Made by a program: the position numbers and the translations under genes
The notes under the pieces: model-generated
Seen by the model: the letters and a program-made list of their open reading frames with translations, nothing else
Told to the model about the DNA's origin: nothing
The model's database searches: none
Shown here: positions 29,342 to 42,139 of the stretch, in pieces
Layout of the letters: the number at the start of each line of letters is the position of its first letter
Position numbering within the stretch: position 1 is the stretch's first letter
From: Leptonemataceae bacterium
GTDB taxonomy: Bacteria > Spirochaetota > Leptospiria > Leptospirales > Leptonemataceae
Direction: 5' to 3'
DNA length: 64,000 bases
NCBI GenBank assembly: GCA_965227295.1
Contig: OZ245742.1
Coordinates: 3,200,001-3,264,000, forward strand

Positions 29342-30577
29342 TTAACCGCGCAGTTTCAGATAACGTTTCTTGCCGATCTTGAGATCGTAAGATCCAGGAA
29401 ACGTAAGTTTGTGTTCGATGTCGTTCACGACCTCGAGCTCCTGGCCCATCTTTACGGCGCCGTCTTTGACCAGGCGACGTGCCTTCGTCAGCGTCGGTTC
29501 GATGCCCGAGTCCACCAGCAGACGGACCAGCAGATGTTCGCCGGCTTCATCAACGGAATGTTCGGGCGTGTCCGGGGGCAGGACCAGTTCGTTGCGTTTT
29601 TCACTCTTTTCTTTTTCCCACTGACGGCGAGCATCCGCGCCGGCTCCGCTTTCGTGCAGGGAGTCCGTAATGTCCGCGGCCAGGAGCTTTTTCGCTTCGA
29701 AGGGATCGGCCTGGATGCGCGCGTCGATTTCTTTCTCCGGAACGTCGGTCAGCAAAATGTAGTACTCGCGCATGAGTTCGTCGGAGACGGACATGATCTT
29801 CGCAAACATTTGGTACGGCGCCTCGGTGATGCCCACGTAGTTATCGTAAGACTTCGACATCTTACGTTCGCCGTCGAGGCCCACCAACAGCGGCACCGTA
29901 ACAATGGACTGGGCCTGCTGGCCGTAGGCCTTCTGAAGTTCCCGGCCGACGAGGAGGTTGAACTTCTGATCGTTGCCGCCCAATTCCACGTCGGACTTAA
30001 GCGCGACGGAGTCGTAACCCTGCACCAGGGGATACATGAACTCAATCAGCGAAATGCTTTCCCCGGCCCGGTAACGTTTTTGAAAGTCGTCCCGTTCGAG
30101 CAACTGCGCCACCGTATAACGGGCGGTGAGGCCGAGCACGTCTTCGAAGCGCATGTCCCGGCACCACTTCGAGTTAAAGACGATCTCCGTCTTCTCACGA
30201 TCCAGAATGCGAAAGACCTGTTCCTTGTAGGTCTCCGCGTTGCGTTCGACGTCCTCGCGCGTCATGCGATTGCGCGTGGCGGAACGGCCCGTGGGATCGC
30301 CGATCATACCGGTGAAATCGCCGATCAAAAACTGTACGTGGTGACCGAGTTCCTGGAAGTGGCGCAGCTTACGCAACAGCAGGCTGTGGCCCAGGTGCAG
30401 GTCCGGGGCCGTAGGATCGAAGCCGGCCTTGATGCGCAGGGGCTTGCCGGACTTCCGGCTTTCTTCGAGGCGATCCAGGAGTTCCTCTTCCGGGAGGATT
30501 TCACTGCTGCCGCGCCGGATCTTTTCGAACGCGGCCAGGGTCTCTTTCGCGTAGGATTTTTTCTCCGAACTTGCCAT
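29342..30577 (-). CDS. tyrS: Tyrosine--tRNA ligase
   Basis: [32 protein letters not shown]-terminal S4-like domain; start ATG 30577. Confidence 0.98.
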   Translation of the reverse strand: MASSEKKSYAKETLAAFEKIRRGSSEILPEEELLDRLEESRKSGKPLRIKAGFDPTAPDLHLGHSLLLRKLRHFQELGHHVQFLIGDFTGMIGDPTGRSATRNRMTREDVERNAETYKEQVFRILDREKTEIVFNSKWCRDMRFEDVLGLTARYTVAQLLERDDFQKRYRAGESISLIEFMYPLVQGYDSVALKSDVELGGNDQKFNLLVGRELQKAYGQQAQSIVTVPLLVGLDGERKMSKSYDNYVGITEAPYQMFAKIMSVSDELMREYYILLTDVPEKEIDARIQADPFEAKKLLAADITDSLHESGAGADARRQWEKEKSEKRNELVLPPDTPEHSVDEAGEHLLVRLLVDSGIEPTLTKARRLVKDGAVKMGQELEVVNDIEHKLTFPGSYDLKIGKKRYLKLRG

Positions 30578-30615
30578 ATGCGAGGATACAATCCGGCGTG
30601 CGGGCGCCGTGGCAA

Positions 30616-31008
30616 CTACTTCGAAGCGCAGAGACGGATCAAATCCGGCTGCAACGTTTCGAACATGGGGATCTGGGCTTCCTGCCAGGTCACCTTCGGC
30701 GAGTATTGAATGGTAACGTGATAACGTTCGCCCGGCGGAAGGCGGTCGATGTCTTTCAAGAAGCGAATCAAGATGCGCAGGCTCGACGAACTCATCAGCT
30801 CCAGCGCGGCCAGGTCGATCCACAGATGATCGCTCTTTTGTTCGCGCAGTTTTCGTTGGGCTTGCTGGAGATACGGCAGCAGGTCCGTGGTCGGATCCGC
30901 GATGTACAGCGAGCCCTTCATGTGCAGGGCCAGGCCACCGTCGGCATGATCGGCGGCGTAGATGTGGGCGTTCCCGTGATGAAAGTCGGCGAGACCGAAG
31001 CGGTTCAT
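30616..31008 (-). CDS. STAS/SiaC-like small protein
   Basis: [18 protein letters not shown] resembles the STAS phosphoacceptor loop; ATGA-coupled to ubiX. Confidence 0.65.
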   Translation of the reverse strand: MNRFGLADFHHGNAHIYAADHADGGLALHMKGSLYIADPTTDLLPYLQQAQRKLREQKSDHLWIDLAALELMSSSSLRILIRFLKDIDRLPPGERYHVTIQYSPKVTWQEAQIPMFETLQPDLIRLCASK

Positions 31009-31640
31009 GGTTCTTCCTCCAACCAGCCGCGAAAGAGCCGGTGCCGAATGCCGAAGAGCGCGAGCACCCGGCCGGCAATAAAGCGACCGAGGTCGTCGAT
31101 GCTTTGCGGACGCTGATAAAAGCCGGGGCTGGCCGGCAGCACGATTCCGCCGGCCTCGGTGAGCGCGGTCATGTTGCGCAAATGAACCAGGCTGTACGGC
31201 GTCTCCCGCGGAACCACCACGAGGCGGCGCCGTTCTTTGAGACAGACGTCGGCCGCGCGTTCGATCAGGTTCGTCGTGTAACCGTGGGCGATTGCGGCGA
31301 GGGACTTCATGGAACACGGGACGATGGCCATGCCGTCCGAAGGCGTGGAGCCGCTGGCGGCCTTCGCCCCCACGTCGCGGTGATTCTGCAAAACGAAACG
31401 ATGCCGCAGTTGATCCTCCGGCAGGCCGTCGAGGACGACATCCAGGTACTCCTGCGCGCTCTCGACACGCACCGGCATTTCCTCGGAGAAAACCCGCAGG
31501 GCCGTATCGCTGACGATGAGATGCGAGGTGCCCTCCGCCGCGACGGCCAGGCTTCGCAACAGATGAAAACCGTACAACGCCCCGCTGGCCCCGCTCACAC
31601 CGAGCACGAGAGAAACGCTTTGCCTGGATGCCGTGGTCAT
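31005..31640 (-). CDS. ubiX: Flavin prenyltransferase UbiX
   Basis: [42 protein letters not shown]. Confidence 0.96.
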   Translation of the reverse strand: MTTASRQSVSLVLGVSGASGALYGFHLLRSLAVAAEGTSHLIVSDTALRVFSEEMPVRVESAQEYLDVVLDGLPEDQLRHRFVLQNHRDVGAKAASGSTPSDGMAIVPCSMKSLAAIAHGYTTNLIERAADVCLKERRRLVVVPRETPYSLVHLRNMTALTEAGGIVLPASPGFYQRPQSIDDLGRFIAGRVLALFGIRHRLFRGWLEEEP

Positions 31641-31664
31641 AGGGTAATATCAAACAAACGAAAG

Positions 31665-32570
31665 TTAAGCAGTGAAACCGTAGCGCTGGAGGGCGTCGAT
31701 CAATACGCCCAGAAACAGAATCGAGCTGATCGAGGCGTTCACGTGAAAGAAGGCGATGGGAATGCGATCCAGACGCCCGCCGCTCACCAGCCGGTGTTCC
31801 ACGACGAACAGCGCGGCCGTAATCGCGGCCGCCGCGTAAAATACCGGCCCGCTTTCCGAAACAAAACCCGCGCCGAGGAACGCACCGAGGGCGATGACGT
31901 GCGCCAGGCGCGCGATCCACAGCGCCGCCGGAACACCGAAGCGGGCCGGTACCGAATGCAGGCCGGCGTTGCGATCGAAGTCGTGGTCCTGGCAGGCGTA
32001 GAGAATATCAAAGCCGGCAATGTAAAACATGAGACCCGCCGACCACAACACCGGCAAAAGATCGATGCGTTCCAGCATGGCGATCCACACCGCGGACGGC
32101 GCAATGCCGATGGCGAGGCCCAGGAAGAAGTGACAGAGAAACGTAAAACGTTTCGTAAACGAGTAACCGAAGACGAAGGCCAGGGCCACCGGGGCGAGTA
32201 CGGCGCAGAGCGGATTGATCCAGAAGGCCGCGGCAAAAAAGATCGCCGTGGAAACGAGGACGAAGGCCCGGGCCTGGCCGAGGCCGATTTCCCCGGCGGG
32301 GATTTCCCGGCTCGCCGTGCGCGGATTGCGGGCGTCGATGTCCCGGTCCACGATGCGATTGAAGCCCATGGCGGCGCTCCGCAGCGCGGCCATGGCCACC
32401 ACGACCTTGCCGAGCATCCACCAGAACTCCGCGTTCGGTGCGCCGCCTGAGATGAGCCGGGTTTCGGGCAGGGCCTGGACGAAGGCGATGCCGGCCATGG
32501 GCAGGGCGAAGAGCGTATGCGAGAACTTGATCATACGCAGATACCGGGAAACCGAAGCGAAGACGCCCAT
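31665..32570 (-). CDS. UbiA-family polyprenyltransferase (MqnP-like)
   Basis: IKFSHTLFALP, RSAAMGFNRIVDRDIDARNPRT, AGFDILYACQD, IAFFHVN. Confidence 0.93.
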   Translation of the reverse strand: MGVFASVSRYLRMIKFSHTLFALPMAGIAFVQALPETRLISGGAPNAEFWWMLGKVVVAMAALRSAAMGFNRIVDRDIDARNPRTASREIPAGEIGLGQARAFVLVSTAIFFAAAFWINPLCAVLAPVALAFVFGYSFTKRFTFLCHFFLGLAIGIAPSAVWIAMLERIDLLPVLWSAGLMFYIAGFDILYACQDHDFDRNAGLHSVPARFGVPAALWIARLAHVIALGAFLGAGFVSESGPVFYAAAAITAALFVVEHRLVSGGRLDRIPIAFFHVNASISSILFLGVLIDALQRYGFTA

Positions 32571-32627
32571 ACGCCCGACAATCTCCGACGACGGGCTGCT
32601 TCGTTCAAGAATATAAACAGTAGAATC

Positions 32628-33419
32628 TTACAGAAGGCCGCACGTATCGAGACGTTCTTGAAAGCGGGCGAGGCCGCGCAGATCGCCCTCACTCACACGG
32701 TAATGTAAGATCTGTGTAAGATAGCGCCGCGCGTCCGGATAGCTGGCGGCGGCGACGATGTCGTCGATGGACGTTTCGCCGGCCTGGAGGGACGCTTCGA
32801 AGACCGAGTCCTCGACGGGCGCGGAGAGCGGATAGGCCCAGAGGGCAAAGATGAACGGCAGGCCCTCGCTCTCGTACCACAGCCGCGCCAGATCGTACAC
32901 CTCGAAGCGTTCCCGGTCCTCGGCCGGGCGGTCGAGGAAGGCCAGGGCCCCGTCCCCGATCAAGAGACCGCCGTGGTTCTTGTCCAGGCGGTCGGGAATT
33001 TCGCCCGGGGACAGCGACGTGATTTCGGGTAGCGTGCCGTTCCGGGCGTGATACAATACCTGGAGCAGGGCCACGGACGTCCGGGAGCCCACATCCGCGA
33101 GCACGCCGGAGACCGGGCGCAGGGGCGGAGCCGGCTCCCCTTTTTTATAGGAACTCTTACATTGCAAATACAGAATGGAATCGGCCTCGGTCCGGGTGCA
33201 GACGCCCACGCTCCGGCAGAACGAAAAACGTTCCCGGTTGCGCAGGCACTCCACGGAGCTGATCAGGGCCGCGTCGAGTTCGCCGGCGCCGAGCATGGCA
33301 TACAGTCGGGACGGGATTTCTTCGATACATTCTACGGACGCCGGAGTTCCCGGGGCGCCGGTGCGAAAGCCGTGGTCCAACGGGCGGGCGTTGAGATATC
33401 GAACCAGGCCGATGCGCAT
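32628..33419 (-). CDS. mqnA: Chorismate dehydratase MqnA (futalosine pathway)
   Basis: YLNARPL, SRTSVALL, LLIGDGAL, GLPFIFALW; start ATG 33419. Confidence 0.9.
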   Translation of the reverse strand: MRIGLVRYLNARPLDHGFRTGAPGTPASVECIEEIPSRLYAMLGAGELDAALISSVECLRNRERFSFCRSVGVCTRTEADSILYLQCKSSYKKGEPAPPLRPVSGVLADVGSRTSVALLQVLYHARNGTLPEITSLSPGEIPDRLDKNHGGLLIGDGALAFLDRPAEDRERFEVYDLARLWYESEGLPFIFALWAYPLSAPVEDSVFEASLQAGETSIDDIVAAASYPDARRYLTQILHYRVSEGDLRGLARFQERLDTCGLL

Positions 33420-33496
33420 GCCGTCCACTTTCCCGGGGCCGGGCGAGCAGGCGAGCACTTCGGTGGACGGCACTCGTCCAATCATGGAGAAAGAGT

Positions 33497-34267
33497 ATGA
33501 TGAACCGCCAGGGACAGATCATCGCCGTCGCTGCCGTCCTGGCCCTGCTGCCGGCCGGCCCGATCGTGCGATCCGAGCCGGGCGAGACCGTGCGTCGAGA
33601 AGCGCTTCCGTTGCGTTTCGGCTGGGGACGAACCTACGAGGATCTGCGCCACATCCTGTCCGGCGGCAATAATGTCCTGGAGGACAGCCCTGGAGAACTC
33701 ATTCGTCTGCGGGCCGGGGACGGCTGGGAGGTCCGCTATCGTTTTTACCGCGACGAAAAGATAGGTGACATAGTTCTCACCGAACGGGAGACGGAAGCGG
33801 GAAAACGAGCGGTGCTGAAAGAGCTCGTCCTGGAACCGGACGGCCCGCCGGGGGATGCCGTGTTGTTCGCCGCCGTGATCCTGCTGCCGGGGATTCCGCT
33901 GGATCCACCCCGGGGCGCGGAGGACGCGGAGAACGCCCTGTTGCAGAAGTTGACGGAACTCTACGGAACGCCCGCCCGCTCGGAGCAGCCCCGGGGCGTG
34001 CGCAAGAATTTTGCCGGTCAGGCCATGCCGGATGAAGGCAAGCCGGGGCCCGCGTCGGCATATCTGGAGATGGAGCGGGACGACACCCTGGTGCGGGTCT
34101 ACTACCGCATCCAGGGGGAGCGGCGCTACGCCGTACGTCTGAGCTTTGCGTCGATCCGGCTGAGCCGGGAACGCAACCGGGCTATCGAAAAACTCCGCCG
34201 GGAAGCCGACCGGGCCATCCGCCGGAAGATTGACGCGGCGAACCGCCGGCTACAGCGTGCGAAATAA
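33497..34267 (+). CDS. Exported hypothetical protein
   Basis: Signal-like N-terminus, RFGWG..Y, LTELYG; GGAGA RBS. Confidence 0.7.
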   Translation: MMNRQGQIIAVAAVLALLPAGPIVRSEPGETVRREALPLRFGWGRTYEDLRHILSGGNNVLEDSPGELIRLRAGDGWEVRYRFYRDEKIGDIVLTERETEAGKRAVLKELVLEPDGPPGDAVLFAAVILLPGIPLDPPRGAEDAENALLQKLTELYGTPARSEQPRGVRKNFAGQAMPDEGKPGPASAYLEMERDDTLVRVYYRIQGERRYAVRLSFASIRLSRERNRAIEKLRREADRAIRRKIDAANRRLQRAK

Positions 34268-34278
34268 CAACAGATCCC

Positions 34279-35070
34279 ATGTCGGAACCGCAACACAGAG
34301 AACGCCGTTTTACCAGCGGTCGCTTTGAGTATCGCCTGGAGGTCTACGGAGACGCCCGCCTGTTCGATCGCGGCTCCGCGGACGACGATGCCGGCAGTCC
34401 CACGGCAAGCGTCCTCCTGTATCCTGCCCGGGAGGATCGGAGCATGCGTCTGGCCCTGGCCAGTATCGGCCCGGATCCCCGGCGCTCCTCCGGCGAGGAC
34501 CGGCCGTTGAGTACCACCGATCTGTACGAAGCCCTGGAGCAGCCGGACGATTCCATGCAACACAATGTGGCCGCGGCCGGTGCCTCGGCCTACGGTCACA
34601 AGACTCAACTGCAAATCGGAGTCATCGAGGTGTCCGCCGGTTCCGAGGGGGACAGCGACGATGACGGGGAAGACGAGATGCTCACGCGCATCATGCCCAA
34701 GCGTTTCCACGCCGCACTAGAACAGGAACGCGAACGCCAGGGCCGGCTCACCCACATTCAGATTTGCACGGGCGGGCTGCCGCCGCTGATTCACATCTAC
34801 GACGGCGGAGACGGCATGGTCTTTCCCGTACGTTCCTGGGTCCCGGCCGGCCTTTTTCCGGACTGGCAGCCGTTGTGCCAGAACATTGACTGCGAGGCCG
34901 GGGACCGCCTCATCCTGCACACCGAGTATCCCGTGGACCGTCCGCACGGTCTGCGGGAGTTTCACGACAGCCTGCGCGCGGGTAAGCCGAAGTGGGACGA
35001 CTTCACGCCGGGCAGCGGGATGCACTGCATCGTCCTGCATGTCGATGGCCTTGCGGAGGACAGGGGGTGA
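34279..35070 (+). CDS. Hypothetical protein with degenerate SpoIIE/PP2C-like C-terminus
   Basis: ICTGGLPPLIH and GDRLILHTE resemble the SpoIIE motifs NAGHPP and GDxLxLYTDG. Confidence 0.55.
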   Translation: MSEPQHRERRFTSGRFEYRLEVYGDARLFDRGSADDDAGSPTASVLLYPAREDRSMRLALASIGPDPRRSSGEDRPLSTTDLYEALEQPDDSMQHNVAAAGASAYGHKTQLQIGVIEVSAGSEGDSDDDGEDEMLTRIMPKRFHAALEQERERQGRLTHIQICTGGLPPLIHIYDGGDGMVFPVRSWVPAGLFPDWQPLCQNIDCEAGDRLILHTEYPVDRPHGLREFHDSLRAGKPKWDDFTPGSGMHCIVLHVDGLAEDRG

Positions 35071-35708
35071 TCTACCGGCAACCGGTCGGAAGGATCGCCG
35101 CCGCCCTGGTGTTGGCGGCCAGCTTCAGCGCCTGCCTCGAAATCGAAGTTGCGGCTCCGTTGCTCCAGCGCGTGGATGCCGTGCCCGATCCCGGCCCGGC
35201 GGCGCCGCGGGCGGAGATCCGCATTGTCGGGGACAACGTCGATGACTCTGCCTGGGTGAAGGCACTGACCATCTCACGATTCTTTTACAGCAGCGTGGAG
35301 AATCAGAGCGGCTCTCTGCGGGAACTGCTGCAACCCGCGCTCCGCGAAGTGCTGCGGCAGAAGGGCTTTCGCGCGCCGCTCCTCGAACAGGGCGGGGCCG
35401 GTGAATACGTCCTCCAGGTCGACGTCGAACGGGCTATTTTGTTGTGGCTTCCGCCCCGGGAGTTCATTCAAACGCCGAAGCCGCGAGCCCGGGGGGAAGT
35501 CCGGGTGGACTTCCTCTTTCGCGCGGTGTTGTTGGACGCGGACGGTCGGGTGCGCTACGAGCACGAGTTCGCCGATGAGCGTTCGGTGACGGTACTGCCG
35601 GGTCAGGAGGGGCCGTCCCTGGCGAAGGCGGCAGAGCAAAGTCTGGCCGGTTTTGTCCAGGCCTTGCTGGTGGAACTGCCACGGCTGGCCGCGCTCAGGA
35701 ATGGATGA
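35067..35708 (+). CDS. Putative lipoprotein
   Basis: GTGA overlap with the upstream stop; LVLAASFSAC lipobox. Confidence 0.7.
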   Translation: MIYRQPVGRIAAALVLAASFSACLEIEVAAPLLQRVDAVPDPGPAAPRAEIRIVGDNVDDSAWVKALTISRFFYSSVENQSGSLRELLQPALREVLRQKGFRAPLLEQGGAGEYVLQVDVERAILLWLPPREFIQTPKPRARGEVRVDFLFRAVLLDADGRVRYEHEFADERSVTVLPGQEGPSLAKAAEQSLAGFVQALLVELPRLAALRNG

Positions 35709-35714
35709 CATGAT

Positions 35715-36095
35715 ATGATGGTATACGTCTCGTTACTATGTTCCGTGGTGCTCGGTGCCTTCGGGCAGATTTTCATGAAAGAGGCCATGCGGGCGGTGGG
35801 CCCGTTTCCCGGTTTCACCACGGTGCCAGATCTGCTTTTTTTCTACGTGAAGGCCGTGGTGAGTCTGCCGATGTTCGCGGCAGTGGGATGTTACGGCCTG
35901 AGTTTCGTACTCTGGCTGGGGGTGCTTTCCCACGCGGATCTGAGCTTTGCGCGGCCGTTCGTGTCGCTGGGCTACGTCATCGTGATCATTTACGGATTTT
36001 ATACCGGAGAAAACATGACCGGAGAGCGTCTCCTGGGCATTGCTCTCATAATCGGCGGCCTTTTTTTCGTTGCCAGGAGCGCGGCGGGCACCTGA
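35715..36095 (+). CDS. Small 4-TM DMT/EamA (ArnE/ArnF-like) transporter
   Basis: GQIFMK, YGLSFVLWLGVLS, DLSFARPFVSLGY, GE..T..RLLGIALI. Confidence 0.85.
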   Translation: MMVYVSLLCSVVLGAFGQIFMKEAMRAVGPFPGFTTVPDLLFFYVKAVVSLPMFAAVGCYGLSFVLWLGVLSHADLSFARPFVSLGYVIVIIYGFYTGENMTGERLLGIALIIGGLFFVARSAAGT

Positions 36096-36124
36096 GGTCG
36101 GTGCAGGCTGCCGGGGAGACGAAC

Positions 36125-36355
36125 ATGCGACTAAAATCACACAGCTTGATGCTCGGGTACCGGGAGTTCCAGGCCTGGTTGCGGCGCCAGGACGGCAAGG
36201 TGGTGGTCGTCCTGGAAGAGCTTGGCCCGATCCAGGTGGTCGACTACATTAAGAACGGATTCTCCGTGAAAGAGGCCACGGAGGAAGAGATGCATGCGCT
36301 CGTGAAGGCCGGCTACGAAAGTTCCCGGCTCCTGCTGCGAAACTATAAATTGTGA
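36125..36355 (+). CDS. Small hypothetical protein
   Basis: GGAG RBS, ATG 36125, 76 aa with protein-like composition. Confidence 0.65.
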   Translation: MRLKSHSLMLGYREFQAWLRRQDGKVVVVLEELGPIQVVDYIKNGFSVKEATEEEMHALVKAGYESSRLLLRNYKL

Positions 36356-36383
36356 AGGCGGGCCGGTGCGCGGCCCGGCCGTC

Positions 36384-36725
36384 TTACTTCTCGTCTTTCA
36401 GCTTTTGCAGACCGGTCATGAGCGTCTTCGCGGTCGGTTGTAACTTTTTCGGCAATGTGTTGTACATGATGGCAACTTCCATGGCTTCGTTGGAGAGTTT
36501 GCCGGACGCCTGCTTAATGAAGATGGGCGTTTTCCCCGTCATGATCCATTCGGCGCTGATTCCGTAGCAGGCCTGAATTGCCAGGGCCACCACTTTGCGA
36601 ATTTTGTGGTGACCGGTAAAGTACATGGCGACCGATGAAAGGGAGATACCCAACGTGCTGCTCAACTCCTGACGCGACACGTTGATTTTTTTCATGATCT
36701 TTTCGGTGCGCTGTTCTGGCGTCAT
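36384..36725 (-). CDS. XRE-family HTH transcriptional regulator
   Basis: SRQELSSTLGISLSSVAMYFTG, YGISAEWIMTG; AAGGA RBS. Confidence 0.88.
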   Translation of the reverse strand: MTPEQRTEKIMKKINVSRQELSSTLGISLSSVAMYFTGHHKIRKVVALAIQACYGISAEWIMTGKTPIFIKQASGKLSNEAMEVAIMYNTLPKKLQPTAKTLMTGLQKLKDEK

Positions 36726-37003
36726 ACGATTTCCTTCTTAAGTTCCTGAGTTATATTATGCCGGGGCGGGTGTACCGTTTCACCACCGGTGCGATGCGAG
36801 GTACGCGAAAGTCAATTAATGATGAACCACATAAATTAACGCAAATATTCGCGCAATAATATATCCCCAGATCTCTACGAATGAGAAAAAAAATCTCAAT
36901 TCTTTAAACTTTCTGCATCGGCGGCTTCGGAGCGAACTCTCTTACGCACTTCTAATCTTAACAAAATATTAGTGACACAAGAAAGAGAGTTCTTATGTTT
37001 TCT

Positions 37004-39679
<2,676 letters not shown>

Positions 39680-39829
39680 CTATGCAGGTTCCTTGGGTCG
39701 TGATTCTGTTAGGATCGTTGTGTGAACGATCTTGTTCATTAAGATAGTAAGACATTCACGAAAATGTAGTTTCGAGCCCAGAGTTGGCGATTCGCTCCGG
39801 TTTTCAAGAATTATACGACCAGGTCGACC

Positions 39830-40063
39830 TCACTCCCGGGCAATTTCCACGATCTTACGCCGGCCGCCGGTGCCGTAGACGATGTGGATGTAACTCCGGG
39901 GAACGCCGTAATGCCGGGCGAGGGCCTGGATGACGGCGGCATTGGCTTTGCCTTCCCGCGCCGGCTCGCGCACGCGGACGATCAGGGTTGCACCGCTTTC
40001 CCCGGCGGGGATTTCGATACCCGGCCGTTTGCTGCCGGGCTTTACCAGAATTTCGATTCGCAT
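39830..40063 (-). CDS. DUF167 (YggU-like) protein
   Basis: VKPGSKR, EPAREGKANAAVIQALA, G..GRRKIVEI. Confidence 0.9.
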   Translation of the reverse strand: MRIEILVKPGSKRPGIEIPAGESGATLIVRVREPAREGKANAAVIQALARHYGVPRSYIHIVYGTGGRRKIVEIARE

Positions 40064-40064
40064 G

Positions 40065-40650
40065 TTACTCCCGAGGGGCGACCGTGCGAGCGCTTTCGAT
40101 CAAGAATTCGTGCACGGAATCATCCCCCTGGGGGCCGTCGGTGATCTTGATGCGTCCGGGATAGTGTACCGTGCGGCTCCCATGGAGCTTCGTACGGCCC
40201 TCGTGAAAAAGCGCGCCGCTGTATCCTCTCAGCACTTCGCGATAGGTAAACTCGACGATCTCGGTCTGTCCAGTGTCGGCGGCAATCCATAGGACATATT
40301 GATCGTTGTTTGGATCGGGGGCGCCGCTTGTGCTGCCGGGGGCGGCAAAGACAAGATCGTAGCGCCGGCCGTCGCGAGTGCGTTCGTCCACGTGGGCGAC
40401 AATGTGCGGCGCGGTCCTGTCCTCCAGCATGGCGGCCAGGCGCAGCGGGAGTTCCAGGTAGAGATGAAAGGACTCGAGATAGAGGCTGACCTCGCCGTCG
40501 TCTTCCGCGGGGCGCGGCGCATCGCGTGCGCCGGTATAGCCACGGCCGCGGTCCACGCCGATGATCGTTCCATCCGACGTCTCCGCTTCGATAAATGTGC
40601 TGCGAGTGAATGTTAGTGAAGACACAGCCCCGTTCTCTAATTGCACGCGC
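40065..40650 (-). pseudogene. Probable 5'-truncated gene (C-terminal part of an exported/lipoprotein-type protein) abutting a repeat pair
   Basis: The coding-like 3' part (YLESFHLYLELP, YDLVF, DQYVLWI, EFTYRE) runs upstream into family B repeat DNA; no signal peptide or clear start. Confidence 0.55.
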
Positions 40651-40654
40651 AGTC

Positions 40655-41060
40655 GCCGGATTAACACTTTTGTGGGTACAGCTGGTTCCAGCTGACGCGC
40701 GGAGGTTATGCCGGGGAACGTGGTAAGGCGGACCGGAACGGCGTGTTCTTCGTAAGAAACGCTGCGATATCCGAACCGCACAACCAGCGTCCGGGTCGAA
40801 CGCCGTGTTCTTAACAAAACGAATCACCACAACTCCCGCTAAGCTGTAGCCAAAAAAACACTCCGCCATTTTGCAACTTACTTTCTGTGTCTCACGGTAA
40901 ACGTCGCGAGACAGCCGTTTTATTCGTTCGGGCACGGCCCGAACCGTGGCGCAAGTTGAGGCCAGAGTAAAGTAATCCTTTTTTGGGTACAACTGGTTCC
41001 AGTTGACGAGCGGAGGTCATGCCGGGGAACGGGGTACGGCGGACCGGAACGGCGTCTTCG
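40655..41060 (-). repeat. Family B repeat, tandem pair on the minus strand (one full, one partial)
   Basis: Reverse-complement anchors at ~41059 and ~40748 (about 311 bp apart); same internal motifs as the 55 kb array. Confidence 0.9.
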
Positions 41061-41119
41061 CCGTACGAAACGCTACGACGTTGGCGGTGCCTGTTTTGCG
41101 GGGCGGGTGTGCCTTCGTC

Positions 41120-42136
41120 TCAGGCCGCCGTGATGCCGATCTTTTTTTCGAACTCGGGATTTTCGCAAACGTACTGCGCCGCGTCGACCTGACGGTGATG
41201 ATCAAACAAGAACGTGGTGAGTTTGCCGGCAAAGCGACCGTTGTACTTCGCTTCCACGAACTTCAACCAGGCCATGACGTCCATGAGCTCGTGGCAGATG
41301 AACTCATAGTTCGTGCCGTTCGCGTCGAATTTGCTGCGGGGGTTGTAGAGCTTTTGCGCGTCGGCGAAGAGAATGTTGCGCGTGGTGACCGGATAAAACC
41401 AGCGCGCGATGCCCAGGCGGGCCAGCCAGTAAATGCGCCGGGTATCGTTGCGGAAGGACGTCGTGCGTGCGTCGCAAATGTAAGCGAAGAACTCCGGCGT
41501 AATCTCCGCGATGATGCGCTGATTGCCGACGCTTTCGCCGGGATAGCTGACCTGGTGATCCATGAGGAAACGTCGTTCGCCGTCGTCGGGTTCGAGGACG
41601 AAGTAGCCGCCGTTTTCGAAGATACCGGCGAAGGGGCGTTTGACCGTGAAGAACTTCGGCTTGCCCGTGGGGCGCAGCAGCGGTTTCGCCGCGTCCAGAA
41701 ACGGGCGGTTGCAATGATCGTACGTCGGAAAACTCGGCAGCGAAACCTCGAAGTCCGCTTCGATGCCCAGGGCGAGCAGGAAGGCGAGGACGTGTTCGAT
41801 GATCTTAATTTCCCCTAATTGAATGTTATGGGCGCCCTTGCGCGCGTGCTCCGTTTTGAGCGGGAGCATTTCCCCGTTGTAACGAAAGCCCGGATGATTG
41901 CCGAGGAGTTGCTGCTCTTCCGCGGACCGGCTGCTCCAGGGAGACACGCGAATCGTCATGGGTTTGTTTTCGAAACTGGCCATGCCGTCCACGGTAAACG
42001 GCGAGGCCAGGGTATACGTGCGATCGCGATCGAGGTTCGGTGTGGGGTCACGAAAAAACTCCGGCGGTTGCAGCGGATTCTTGTGACGTTCCGCCTGGAG
42101 GGTGCTCAGTTCTTTGCTTCGTGTTTCAATGCGCAC
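41120..42136 (-). CDS. Divergent LpxC-family (UDP-3-O-acyl-GlcNAc deacetylase-like) protein
   Basis: IIEHVLAFL, EITPEFF..I.DART, EFICHELMD correspond to LpxC TVEHL, ARTF, EFVRHKILD; GTG start 3 bp after the kinase stop. Confidence 0.75.
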   Translation of the reverse strand: MRIETRSKELSTLQAERHKNPLQPPEFFRDPTPNLDRDRTYTLASPFTVDGMASFENKPMTIRVSPWSSRSAEEQQLLGNHPGFRYNGEMLPLKTEHARKGAHNIQLGEIKIIEHVLAFLLALGIEADFEVSLPSFPTYDHCNRPFLDAAKPLLRPTGKPKFFTVKRPFAGIFENGGYFVLEPDDGERRFLMDHQVSYPGESVGNQRIIAEITPEFFAYICDARTTSFRNDTRRIYWLARLGIARWFYPVTTRNILFADAQKLYNPRSKFDANGTNYEFICHELMDVMAWLKFVEAKYNGRFAGKLTTFLFDHHRQVDAAQYVCENPEFEKKIGITAA

Positions 42137-42139
42137 GGT

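Noticed and set aside
29411..32450. 432 aa and 469 aa plus-strand ORFs; long N-terminal extensions of tyrS and of the 30616 ORF
   Set aside because: They overlap well-supported minus-strand genes; internal ATG starts with coupling or correct family length fit better
36384..36725. Prophage repressor or prophage remnant
   Set aside because: No integrase, structural or replication genes nearby and no S24 peptidase domain
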